A model generated the notes under the pieces. It made no database searches. It was not told the DNA's origin and saw only the letters and a program-made list of their open reading frames with translations. Below are positions 29,136 through 38,736 of a stretch of DNA of 64,000 nucleotides, piece by piece. The position numbers and the translations under genes are program-made. This stretch comes from a virus. The first letter of the stretch is position 1, and each line of letters opens with the position of its first letter. The stretch covers positions 32,001 to 96,000 of IMG/VR virus record IMGVR_UViG_3300011114_000773. One strand, given 5' to 3'.

Positions 29136-32100
29136 CTAAAGAGACGCAAAGACATTGTAGTTAGCTGCGGTTAGCCCATTTATCAATACCGCTGGGGTAG
29201 TATTCCCCCCGACATGGAGCGTCGGTGTATTATAATTACAATGGTCAGCTCCTCCCTGTTCGCATGGACTTATAGAAAAATCAATCCTAGAGGTTCTTCT
29301 CAGAGTGGCTAGTGAATTAAAAGGAGTGGCAAGGTTATTCGCGGCAAATGTTGTATTCTTAAGGGCAGTCGCATAAGGCGTATTTGCTGGGCCACGCAGA
29401 ATTGTAACCAGCCCCCCAGCAGCCGTTGACGCTACAAAATCATCATGCTTTCCGTCCTGAGTAAGAATGACTTTGTACTTAGATAAGCCTCCAGCCGAAG
29501 ACATAGATGACATATTAGACATATTAGTCAGCTTTTTTCCTCCCGGTAAAAATCCATGACTATATCTCATACTTAGGCAGGGGTCAAAGCACTTGCCACC
29601 ACGAACGCCCTGTTTGGTGCAGTAATATTCTCCCCCATCAAATAAATTAGTAGAGCTGATATCGTAATAAGCGCATCTAGCTATGTATCCATTAGGGTCA
29701 ATTCCAGCAGTATTAACTACTCCACCGTTAAATATAGCCCCGACTTGATTGGACACGAATTCACAATTAGCTCTTACGTCTCCATATCCATAAGCTTCCC
29801 CCGGACCCTCTGAGCGGCCCAAATACATTCTTCTAACAGAGCGATGAGGAAAAGCCAAGCCCCTGATTATTTTTATATTATCAATAGTGGCCATGCGAGT
29901 TGCATTCGAGTCGTTCTTGAAATACAAACCGTAAATAGCAGCAGCGTCATACATTAGTGAATATTTTTGACCCCATCCCATTGAATAGAATCCCTGTGAG
30001 ATTCCGTTACCTAGCCTATCTCTATTATGGCGCATAACTTTCCATTGGTATGCGTATGGCCCATACATTGATTTCCTTGTCAAGTAAGTATCGCTCGGCT
30101 GACCAATCCATGCGTACTGAAATGGAGCGTCTCCTTGGCGGAGTCCGGGCGCAATAAATCCCTTATTCGGGACGTTATATTTAGCCTTTGCATCGCATAG
30201 AATATAGAATCTATCGAATGCTTCCACGAAGTACAGCATTTTTCTTCCAAGACTAGGCTCTACATAGCCACAGTTAGGGCCAGCTAGAGTGTCTGGGCGG
30301 ACTACAGTATTTTGTACATAATCAAATGCGTAGCGTGCCATCGCCTGATTTGCCGCGCTTATGTCGTTGACAAATACGAAATCACTTCCCCATACGGAAG
30401 AGTTCATAGCCTCATATCTTGTATAAGCCCCAAATCTTCTAACCGGACCTAGGTTTTGATGAAACTGCCAAGAGGTAGAAACACCCATCTTTATTTCGTG
30501 ATTGATATTGTATAGTTGACCCACATGGTCAATATTCGGTACGGGATAGGTATACCCCGGCGGCTGCTTCATCGGAGAAGGGGGATTGGTAAGACCTATT
30601 TCTGCCGGATTAGTTATGCTCTTATGCTTTACCGCTATTCCATTAATTTGGGCTTCTATCCTAACTCCTTTTCTTCCAATGGGCATTTGATAATTTGAGC
30701 ACACTGGTAAATGAGAATGACCATATACAGCTCCACCAATTTTATCAGAAAGGTCTAGCTTATATTGCAGCAATTCTCCATAGTCAACAGGTCTGTGGTT
30801 CATCGCCTTTAGCCCGCGAGTGTCTTCTATAGTTTCCGGCTCGTATGAGCGCAAAACCCCACGAAATCCATCAGAACCGTCAAATCCGAATCCTATATTT
30901 TGCCCTCCCCCATTTCTGATATATTTTTTTCTAACCATCACCTCTTCTGGAATTGTATAGGCGTCCTGAGCTAATCCATGATACGCGGCGAGTATTGGAG
31001 AACCCTGAATAGAAAATGACTGCGAGATAGCCGTCCCATCCTGCAAAAATCCATTTGATACAGTGCTGTCGATTTTCATTGAAAGAGTCGGATTAAGAAC
31101 CGTTCCTCCTCCATTAATGAACGCAATGTCTGTAAGTATGAATTTATCAGCCTCTACAGCGAGCAAGTCACTTCCTCGTATCCCATATCTGCCAGAAGCG
31201 ATACAAAAATAAAAATACGAACTAGCATCCGCCGACTTAATCCCTTGGATATAGGAATAGTTGTCTCTATTCGGACCATTGTAGCCGACAGTTGTTCCAT
31301 TTTCAGCGACGCATTCCGCTGGATGAATAAATGTACAATTCGGTCCGCTATTGTTTTCTAAACATCCCCATGCCGAACTAGCGCCGACTCCCGCATAACT
31401 TATTTGGCTATGGGAGTAGTCCCCTTTCAGATATTCTCCAGTGTATGAGACATGAACTCTTCCCCAAGTATATTTCATTGGATAGAGATATCGGTTCGTT
31501 TTAGAAAGTAGCTTGAGCTTATGCGCCCAATAGTATATTTCTGGATGACGAACGCCTATTTTATCTTCTGGAATTGTATGATAATCAACGGCGTGCGCTC
31601 GGAAAGTCGGAGACTGTCCTATCTTGCAAAATGTATTTTTAGGCTGCTGTAGAAGTATCGGAGTGAAGCAGGAGAAGTTTCCATCTAGTTTTCCAATTTC
31701 GTTATAACCCAACGCTCTCCAAGTATTAACGATTGGAGACGCCGCCAATGTCGTCCTGTCAACCATCATTCCGTCCAGCACAGAAATCATAAGGCCTTTT
31801 GGACCCATTTTTCCACAGCTCTCATTACAGAACATCGAACCTAGCGTGAAATTACTACCCGCCGTAGGATTATCGTCAAGAGAGTTAGGATGCGCGATTT
31901 TATAATTCGCGTATAGCTCCATAAGACCAGTAAGTCCGGCTCGTTTCCCGAATGTCCCCTCGAAATATCTTCTTGGCACCTCTGGTAACTGTAGGCTATT
32001 CGGGCCAAATGTAGATGCGCTAATAGAGCCTTCTGCCTTTCTTCCCCATAGGGGCGACGCCTCATAGCTCAATCGACTATCAAATGAATAAACGATGTGA

Positions 32101-34187
32101 TTTGTAGGAAACAAGTCAATAGGCTGGCCCAATGAGATATTATTCAAATATCTTGTTCGGATACGCTCTTCTTGGCCCGATACGCCGCTGGTATATGCGC
32201 CATAATTAATCGCAGTAGCGCTTGATTTTATAAGAAATCCGAAGTCAGAGAGCAGGCTGTTATAATTCACAAGGCCTAGCGACCCAGTTATTTCTCTTCT
32301 GCAAGTCGCTGAAAAGTCCAGAGATATTCTATCAAGATGCGAAAAGCTAGTTATATTAGAAAGCGAAGAGTTATATTCATTATAGTCTTCTCTAAAGCTT
32401 ATCGGGTCAACTTTCACGTCAATATCGCTACCCGAGATATGATGAGATAAAGATTTAAGAATTCCGCTATAGGACCGCTTAAGCGAATAGAAGATACTAC
32501 TAAATCTAGGGCACTCCAAAAGAAGTGCCGAATAGGCTGGACTATTTTCGACCAACTCCCAATTTGCCCATAGATAATATCCCCTATTAGATACTGCCCA
32601 TTCTGTATATTTCTGCTCTCGTTGCGCAATAGCTAGCAGATTATCAAAATAAAAATTGGTATTTGACCCTCCTGCGTCCATCGAACCGCGCTCGTAAACC
32701 AAAGGAGCAGCGAGCGGCGTATCTATTTCATAGACAGGAATGGGGATAACTTCATTATCTACATCATGTGATATATCCCGAATTAATTTGTTACAAGTCA
32801 CTAAAAATCTAGTCCCAAAATATCCGAATTTCCGAATTGCACTATAGTAAGGAACTTCAAAATAGTCTCTCGGACAGTCGTAAACCGTAGCGCCGAACGT
32901 CCAAGGGAGAAAATCTACCGTCTCTGGGCACTGGCGATTTTCCCACCAGTAATCCGAGTCGGCATAAGAAGGGTCGAATAACTCAGTCCCTTTGCTCGTC
33001 GGCCTAGGATTAATTCCCGGAACTACAGACGAGGTTTGGCTATTAAAAAATGGAAGATAGTCGTGATTTTCTTTGTATGTAAAATGCCAGTAATGCCAAG
33101 GATTATGCGAGAAAGTAGGCTCAAGACTACCAGCATTCATTGGGCTGGCCGGGTCATACGCTAGCGAGTCGAGAGTCCCTCCTATGTTTATTCCCGCCGT
33201 CATCGCTCCCTCCATAGCTGGAGCATCACATAGGGCATTATAGGTTAGTTTATTATTGAGTAGTAAGTCGTTATTTAGCCCTTCTTTTCCGATTACGTAT
33301 CCCGTTCCGTAGTTGGCCACATTCAGAAAGTCTGAAGTCTCGCCCATGCCAGTTATAACCGCTATTCCATCTGAGTTTCTGGCAATATTATACCTAGAGG
33401 TAAGCTGTAAATCGAGATAGTCTAAAGAAGTCGGAATTGGGTTGTGGTTATAGACATTTCCAGCCACACCACCGGCGAAAGAACCAGCGCCATAAGAAAA
33501 CAACAATTCTGAAAAATAGAAATTTTTTGTCAGTGATGGCGGGCATTCTTCATACGGGGCATGAATTGAGCCTATTTTAGTCGCAATTGGGGAAACTCCC
33601 ACATTAAATGGCTCAAGACTCTCGCTGCCGAAGATATTTACACTTACAATGCCCCGGAGTTCGTTATACTCCTTTGGAGTCAGGTTAGCGCAACCTCCAT
33701 TTGATAGAGCGTCAGATTTATCAATCGAATCGGAGATGGCTTCGGACAAGGTGGTGACTTCTCCATAAGGCGGCGAATAATAGCCCATCGGATGAAAACC
33801 CTGATAGTAATTATATATGCCGACTTGAAATGGCTTCGCCTGTCCCCGGCAAGTGTCAAAAAGCTTGACATCCTGAGACTGTCTTAGGCTCCCAGTCGTG
33901 TTAGCCGTAAGAAATGCGGTCGCATGTGCTGGATAAACGGCTAGCCCCAACGCCAACATAGGTGCGTTTGAATAGGAGTATGAACTATTTTGTCCTAGAA
34001 ATGCGCCCGGAATGACGGCCTGTGGGTCTTTATTCAAATTTGCAGACTGATTTGCCGAATAAATATTATATCCGCGAGTCCAAGTCGAAGATATGCCAGT
34101 AGGAATAGCGCCAGTGAATATAAATGAAGAACTTCCAGCAAAAACTGGGTCAAACCTTACTGATTGTCCTGATGCTAAAAGTCTCAT
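29136..34187 (-). CDS. Large putative virion protein (1683 aa) with an Ig-like segment
   Basis: Very long ORF; ILLQQP...GQSPTF...YTW...YFCIASG pattern; GTGTATAT upstream. Confidence 0.65.
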   Translation of the reverse strand: MRLLASGQSVRFDPVFAGSSSFIFTGAIPTGISSTWTRGYNIYSANQSANLNKDPQAVIPGAFLGQNSSYSYSNAPMLALGLAVYPAHATAFLTANTTGSLRQSQDVKLFDTCRGQAKPFQVGIYNYYQGFHPMGYYSPPYGEVTTLSEAISDSIDKSDALSNGGCANLTPKEYNELRGIVSVNIFGSESLEPFNVGVSPIATKIGSIHAPYEECPPSLTKNFYFSELLFSYGAGSFAGGVAGNVYNHNPIPTSLDYLDLQLTSRYNIARNSDGIAVITGMGETSDFLNVANYGTGYVIGKEGLNNDLLLNNKLTYNALCDAPAMEGAMTAGINIGGTLDSLAYDPASPMNAGSLEPTFSHNPWHYWHFTYKENHDYLPFFNSQTSSVVPGINPRPTSKGTELFDPSYADSDYWWENRQCPETVDFLPWTFGATVYDCPRDYFEVPYYSAIRKFGYFGTRFLVTCNKLIRDISHDVDNEVIPIPVYEIDTPLAAPLVYERGSMDAGGSNTNFYFDNLLAIAQREQKYTEWAVSNRGYYLWANWELVENSPAYSALLLECPRFSSIFYSLKRSYSGILKSLSHHISGSDIDVKVDPISFREDYNEYNSSLSNITSFSHLDRISLDFSATCRREITGSLGLVNYNSLLSDFGFLIKSSATAINYGAYTSGVSGQEERIRTRYLNNISLGQPIDLFPTNHIVYSFDSRLSYEASPLWGRKAEGSISASTFGPNSLQLPEVPRRYFEGTFGKRAGLTGLMELYANYKIAHPNSLDDNPTAGSNFTLGSMFCNESCGKMGPKGLMISVLDGMMVDRTTLAASPIVNTWRALGYNEIGKLDGNFSCFTPILLQQPKNTFCKIGQSPTFRAHAVDYHTIPEDKIGVRHPEIYYWAHKLKLLSKTNRYLYPMKYTWGRVHVSYTGEYLKGDYSHSQISYAGVGASSAWGCLENNSGPNCTFIHPAECVAENGTTVGYNGPNRDNYSYIQGIKSADASSYFYFCIASGRYGIRGSDLLAVEADKFILTDIAFINGGGTVLNPTLSMKIDSTVSNGFLQDGTAISQSFSIQGSPILAAYHGLAQDAYTIPEEVMVRKKYIRNGGGQNIGFGFDGSDGFRGVLRSYEPETIEDTRGLKAMNHRPVDYGELLQYKLDLSDKIGGAVYGHSHLPVCSNYQMPIGRKGVRIEAQINGIAVKHKSITNPAEIGLTNPPSPMKQPPGYTYPVPNIDHVGQLYNINHEIKMGVSTSWQFHQNLGPVRRFGAYTRYEAMNSSVWGSDFVFVNDISAANQAMARYAFDYVQNTVVRPDTLAGPNCGYVEPSLGRKMLYFVEAFDRFYILCDAKAKYNVPNKGFIAPGLRQGDAPFQYAWIGQPSDTYLTRKSMYGPYAYQWKVMRHNRDRLGNGISQGFYSMGWGQKYSLMYDAAAIYGLYFKNDSNATRMATIDNIKIIRGLAFPHRSVRRMYLGRSEGPGEAYGYGDVRANCEFVSNQVGAIFNGGVVNTAGIDPNGYIARCAYYDISSTNLFDGGEYYCTKQGVRGGKCFDPCLSMRYSHGFLPGGKKLTNMSNMSSMSSAGGLSKYKVILTQDGKHDDFVASTAAGGLVTILRGPANTPYATALKNTTFAANNLATPFNSLATLRRTSRIDFSISPCEQGGADHCNYNTPTLHVGGNTTPAVLINGLTAANYNVFASL

Positions 34188-34193
34188 ATCTTC

Positions 34194-34222
34194 TTGACTG
34201 TTTCCTAAAATCCCACTAGTAT
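34194..34222 (+). promoter_or_regulatory. Sigma70-type promoter (near-leaderless), overlapping a divergent GTGTA motif
   Basis: TTGACT-17-TAGTAT; ATG at 34232. Confidence 0.65.
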
Positions 34223-34231
34223 ATACACACT

Positions 34232-34816
34232 ATGTTACAATTCTATAAGCCCAACCCCAAAATTACCGGTTCAGCCTGTTCTATTTATTATTCTGTCAGC
34301 AAGGGCTGCTTCTTCTTGCAGCTTTTGAAACAGGATGGCTGGAATGGCAAAAACGGAACCTTCGGTAAGAGCCGAGAGGACGTTACCAAGTCGGTGCTCA
34401 CTAAGCTCTCAACGATTGAAGCGGCAGGAATCCTTCTTTGCTTGGAGAAGGATATGCCTTTTAAGGCCTACCACCAATTCCCCGGTGCCAGATATGCCAC
34501 TGCTATAAATCTTGCGCCGTATTCTGATGCGGCAGGTACCGCTATTGGATATTCTCTTTCTGTTTCTAAGAAAGACAAGCAGGACACCGCCGCACCGTCC
34601 GCCTCGTTCCGTATCGGTCTATATTTTCAAGAAGCGCGTCTATTGAGAGAATATTTGTCTATTGGTCTGAGAGAGATTCTCCTCTATCGACCCGACGAAG
34701 CCAAGGTGGCGGATACTAAAGCTGAAGCTGCCGCCGAGGCAGGCGCTTCCGAGCCTTCTGGAGAAGCTAGCCCTCAAGACGAGGCTGGCGTCACAAATGA
34801 ATCCGCTGTCTTTTAA
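34232..34816 (+). CDS. Putative ssDNA-binding protein (Whirly/PC4-like fold, acidic tail)
   Basis: Two beta-beta-beta-alpha-like repeats and an acidic flexible tail ending in Phe. Confidence 0.45.
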   Translation: MLQFYKPNPKITGSACSIYYSVSKGCFFLQLLKQDGWNGKNGTFGKSREDVTKSVLTKLSTIEAAGILLCLEKDMPFKAYHQFPGARYATAINLAPYSDAAGTAIGYSLSVSKKDKQDTAAPSASFRIGLYFQEARLLREYLSIGLREILLYRPDEAKVADTKAEAAAEAGASEPSGEASPQDEAGVTNESAVF

Positions 34817-34839
34817 TCAGTTATATTAAAGAATCTCTA

Positions 34840-36756
34840 ATGAGAAAAAAAAAGATTTTATTCCAGAGCGACTACTCCTGCGCCAAAACAGGATTTGGGC
34901 GCGTATCTAAAACTCTCTTAGAGTATCTTTATAAAACTGGTAAATACGATATAACGCACTACTGCTGTGGAATGCAGTATAGTCATCCCGACTTATCCAG
35001 AACGCCGTGGCGGTCCATCGGCTGTCTTCCTGATGACCCAAGGGAGATTGAGGCATTAAATCGTGACCCGATGCTTGCTAGAGACGCAAGTTATGGGTCA
35101 GTCCTTCTCAACAAGGTCGTTGAAGAAATTCAGCCAGATATCTATCTTGCTGCGCAGGATATTTGGGGAGTTGATTTCGCAATCAATAGGCCGTGGTTTA
35201 ATAAGACTAATTCTTTCATCTGGACTACGCTAGACTCACTTCCCATCCTTGACGCCGCAATAGAAGCGGCTAAAAAGACGAAGAACTACTGGATATGGAG
35301 CAGTTTCGCTACCGAGGCTCTGCATAAATTGGGGCAAAATCATGCCAAAACCGTTCATGGCCCAATTGACGCAAAAGATTTCTATAGGCTAGATTCTGCG
35401 AAGAAGGCCGCTCTCAGAGTCTCCGCAGGAATTTCGCCCAACACCTTTGTCGTCGGATTCGTCTTCCGCAACCAGCTAAGAAAGTCTGTACCCAATCTGC
35501 TAGAGGGGTTCAAACTGTTCAAGCAAAGGAAATCTGACGTAATCCCATCAAAACTGCTCCTACATACGCATTTTGGAGAAGGGTGGAAGATTCCAAAGCT
35601 CGCTGCTGAATATGAGATAGATATCGCTGATATCCTAACGACTTATATTTGCCGCGCTTGTTCTCAATATCATGTCTCTAGCTTTTCGGGTATGGATGTA
35701 GCTTGTCCGCACTGCAAAAATGATAAATCCTGTACCACTACCCAGCCGGGGCTGGGAGTCTCAGAAGAGGCTCTGAATGAGGTTTATAATCTAATGGATG
35801 TCTATTGCCATCCCTTTACCTCTGGCGGTCAGGAGATTCCTATTCAAGAGGCGAAACTGGCGGAACTTATCACGCTTGTCACTAATTACTCTTGCGGTTC
35901 CGAAATGTGCCAAGAGGCTGCGGCATCTTTTCCGCTAGACTTCGCTGAATATAGAGAGCCTCAGACAGAGTTTATTAAGGCCTCGACCTCCCCAGCCTCC
36001 ATAGCGAAGCAACTGCTAAAGGTCTATAAGATGAGCGATGATGGACGAAGGGATATGGGTAAGCGCGCCCGCAAGTGGGCACTGGAAAACTTTTCGGTTG
36101 ACGTAGTCGGCAAGTCTATAGAGAAAGTTTTTGACGAACTCCCATTTGTGGACTACTCAGGAGTATCCTTTGATGAGGAGCGTCGTGACCCAAATTGTGT
36201 CGTTCCAGATATCGCTGATAACTGCGAATGGATTACATTCTTATACCACAATATTCTTAAGCGGCCTACTACCGATAGGACCGATGCTGGGCACCAGTAT
36301 TGGGCTAAGGAATTAGAGAAAGGGACGCCGCGAGCTTCTGTAGAGGCCTATTTTAGACAAGTGGCTAGCCAAGAGAACGCTAAGACTAAACCTCTTGACT
36401 TGAAAGAGCTTCTCGGTGAAGAGCCTGCTAGCGAAAGAATGCTGTTCGTAATACCCGAGTCTATCGGCGATGTGTTTATATGCACGTCTCTATTCGAGAA
36501 TCTTCGCAAGGCTAACGATAATCGCTTGCTATATGTCGCCACCAAGCCTGAATATTTTTCTATTCTTGAGGGCAATCCTCATGTCCATAAGGTGATTCCT
36601 TATCTGCCGATTATGGATAACCTGCTCGTTTTAGAGGGTCAAGGGTCAAATCCGGGATATTTTGATATCGCATTTTTACCTTATGTGGGAACGCAAAGAA
36701 TGCTGGATTATGTTCACAACGGAAAAGATAAAATTACTCTCAACCTGACTTCTTAA
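34840..36756 (+). CDS. GT4 glycosyltransferase with Zn-ribbon insert, fused to a GT9 N-terminal domain
   Basis: TGFGR, RNQLRK, CRAC/CPHC, SGGQEIPIQEA; C-terminal ESIGDVF...NPHVHKVI. Confidence 0.82.
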   Translation: MRKKKILFQSDYSCAKTGFGRVSKTLLEYLYKTGKYDITHYCCGMQYSHPDLSRTPWRSIGCLPDDPREIEALNRDPMLARDASYGSVLLNKVVEEIQPDIYLAAQDIWGVDFAINRPWFNKTNSFIWTTLDSLPILDAAIEAAKKTKNYWIWSSFATEALHKLGQNHAKTVHGPIDAKDFYRLDSAKKAALRVSAGISPNTFVVGFVFRNQLRKSVPNLLEGFKLFKQRKSDVIPSKLLLHTHFGEGWKIPKLAAEYEIDIADILTTYICRACSQYHVSSFSGMDVACPHCKNDKSCTTTQPGLGVSEEALNEVYNLMDVYCHPFTSGGQEIPIQEAKLAELITLVTNYSCGSEMCQEAAASFPLDFAEYREPQTEFIKASTSPASIAKQLLKVYKMSDDGRRDMGKRARKWALENFSVDVVGKSIEKVFDELPFVDYSGVSFDEERRDPNCVVPDIADNCEWITFLYHNILKRPTTDRTDAGHQYWAKELEKGTPRASVEAYFRQVASQENAKTKPLDLKELLGEEPASERMLFVIPESIGDVFICTSLFENLRKANDNRLLYVATKPEYFSILEGNPHVHKVIPYLPIMDNLLVLEGQGSNPGYFDIAFLPYVGTQRMLDYVHNGKDKITLNLTS

Positions 36757-36761
36757 ACATT

Positions 36762-37952
36762 ATGAATTTGATTGAACGCTATTCGCTTTCTTGCGGAGTC
36801 CCTATTGGACAGCCGTATATTTACGAGAAGTTCTTCCCACTTCCAATCGAGAAATATATAACGATACACCCATTTACTAAGCCCGCTAAGACTTATGACT
36901 ATTGGCAGGACGTGGTAGATGAACTGCTGCCGTTCTTAGAGAAAGAAGGTATCAGAATTGTACAAATCGGGGCAAAGAACGAGCCTAAACTCATTGGATG
37001 CGTACACTTGCAGGGAACAACTAGTGTCTCTCAGGTAGCGTTTTTATTAAATTACTCCATGCTGCATCTCAGCGCGGATACCTTTTCTGCGCATATCGCT
37101 AGCAGCAAGAATATACCGATGGTTACTCTCTTCTCTTCTAGCTATGTGAGTAACTGTTGTGGATATTGGGGAGAGAGGTCTAAGCAGATTTTTCTAAGTC
37201 CTGCTTTTGTGGACGGTAAAAAACCATCGTTCGCCAATGAAGAAAGTCCCAAAACTATCAATACAATACCTTCCGAAAGAGTCTCTCAGTCAGTCCTAGA
37301 CCTTTTATCTATTAAAGAAGTAGTCCCCTATCGTACCGTATATGTAGGCTCAAAATATACAAATGGGATTTATTTTCACAATATCGTTCCTACTGATGGG
37401 GCTGCGGCTATCGAGCAAGATGGCGTAGAAATAAGAATGGATTTAGGATTTAATGAAGAATTCTTGGTTAGGCAGTTGGCTCAAAGAGTCTGTGCCGTAA
37501 TTACAGATAGGCCAATTAATATCAATATCATAAGAGACTATAAACCTAGAATCTCTGTAATGTTCGTCTTCGTTAAAGACGATACCTGCCTTCCTTTTGT
37601 CAAGCAACTAATCTCGATAGGAATTAACACAGAGGTCGTGACCTATGAGAGTAGAGAGGCCGAATTATCTAAATTGCGACTCTCATTTTACGAATATAAG
37701 AGACTAGGAGTTCTTACAGAGCCAGACTCTAAAAGGGTAGAGGAGCTAGGGCGCAGAGACAATCTATTTTTTAAAAGTAACAAGATTTATACATGCGCTA
37801 ACAAGAGATTCTTCAGTCTAGTCAGAGATGATTCGGATAAAAAAATCCGTGGACGGAGTACCGATAGCCCAAATAAGTTTTTGCCTATGCCCAAGGGACT
37901 TGTGGATTATCGTGACTTAGAATTTTTTAAGATTGTCGAAAAGACAGCTTGA
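36762..37952 (+). CDS. GT9 C-terminal-domain protein with extension
   Basis: YITIHP...KTYDYW, IVQIG, ADTFSAHIAS motifs; lacks the GT9 N-terminal domain. Confidence 0.75.
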   Translation: MNLIERYSLSCGVPIGQPYIYEKFFPLPIEKYITIHPFTKPAKTYDYWQDVVDELLPFLEKEGIRIVQIGAKNEPKLIGCVHLQGTTSVSQVAFLLNYSMLHLSADTFSAHIASSKNIPMVTLFSSSYVSNCCGYWGERSKQIFLSPAFVDGKKPSFANEESPKTINTIPSERVSQSVLDLLSIKEVVPYRTVYVGSKYTNGIYFHNIVPTDGAAAIEQDGVEIRMDLGFNEEFLVRQLAQRVCAVITDRPININIIRDYKPRISVMFVFVKDDTCLPFVKQLISIGINTEVVTYESREAELSKLRLSFYEYKRLGVLTEPDSKRVEELGRRDNLFFKSNKIYTCANKRFFSLVRDDSDKKIRGRSTDSPNKFLPMPKGLVDYRDLEFFKIVEKTA

Positions 37953-37977
37953 CCTATCCGACAAATAAGGCTATAGT
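37949..37977 (+). promoter_or_regulatory. Sigma70-type promoter, leaderless
   Basis: TTGACC-17-TATAGT; ATG at 37984 is 6 nt after the -10 box. Confidence 0.72.
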
Positions 37978-37983
37978 CTAGTT

Positions 37984-38736
37984 ATGAACGACACTCCTAT
38001 CTTAAACGCAACAGCGACGCCTCCAATTGTTCTCACCAGAAATTCATTTGGACTCATTGCTAATGTACCATCTATCTCCTACTCCTATACGGATGTAGGT
38101 CTTGTCGATTGGCGTAGGATGATTAACCAGAAATTTCTTGTTCCCAATAAGCAAAAAACAAAAGAAACAGACATCTCAAAACTAGAAGATAAAGACATTC
38201 TCATCCTTTTAGGCGGAGTGAAAGAGCTTGCTCAAATTCGAGGAATCACTTTTGTCAACTATACGGTTACGACATTCTCAACTGATTCTGTCACTGCTGT
38301 CTGTTCTATCGGATTCATTCCTAATTATGAGACAGAGATGCGCGAAGTCGTCTTTTCTGCCATCGGAGACGCTACAGCGTCAAACACCAGCGGCTTTGGA
38401 AGAAACTTTCTCGCCGCAATAGCGGAAAACCGCGCATTCGTGCGCTGTGTCAGAAACTTTTTAAGAATTAACATTGTCGGTAGCGACGAACTGAATTCTG
38501 AAGGAAATGCTGCACCGTCGGAGCAGACTATAGAAAAATCTGCTGCTGATGGCTCTCCAGTAAGCCTTCTATCTGCCGAGATGGAGAAGCGCGGACTTAA
38601 GTTATCTCATATTATAGCAAGACTCCGTGACGAAAATTACCCCGCTACCGACGCCATTAAAGACCTTTCCGACTTACCCGGAATTAAAGTCCTCGAACTA
38701 ATCGGTCGTATCAAAAAGATACCTGTTAAGTCGTAG
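37984..38736 (+). CDS. Putative Rad52/Sak-like single-strand annealing protein
   Basis: LLGGVKELA...AIAENRAFVRCVRNFLRI resembles the SSAP core helix. Confidence 0.45.
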   Translation: MNDTPILNATATPPIVLTRNSFGLIANVPSISYSYTDVGLVDWRRMINQKFLVPNKQKTKETDISKLEDKDILILLGGVKELAQIRGITFVNYTVTTFSTDSVTAVCSIGFIPNYETEMREVVFSAIGDATASNTSGFGRNFLAAIAENRAFVRCVRNFLRINIVGSDELNSEGNAAPSEQTIEKSAADGSPVSLLSAEMEKRGLKLSHIIARLRDENYPATDAIKDLSDLPGIKVLELIGRIKKIPVKS

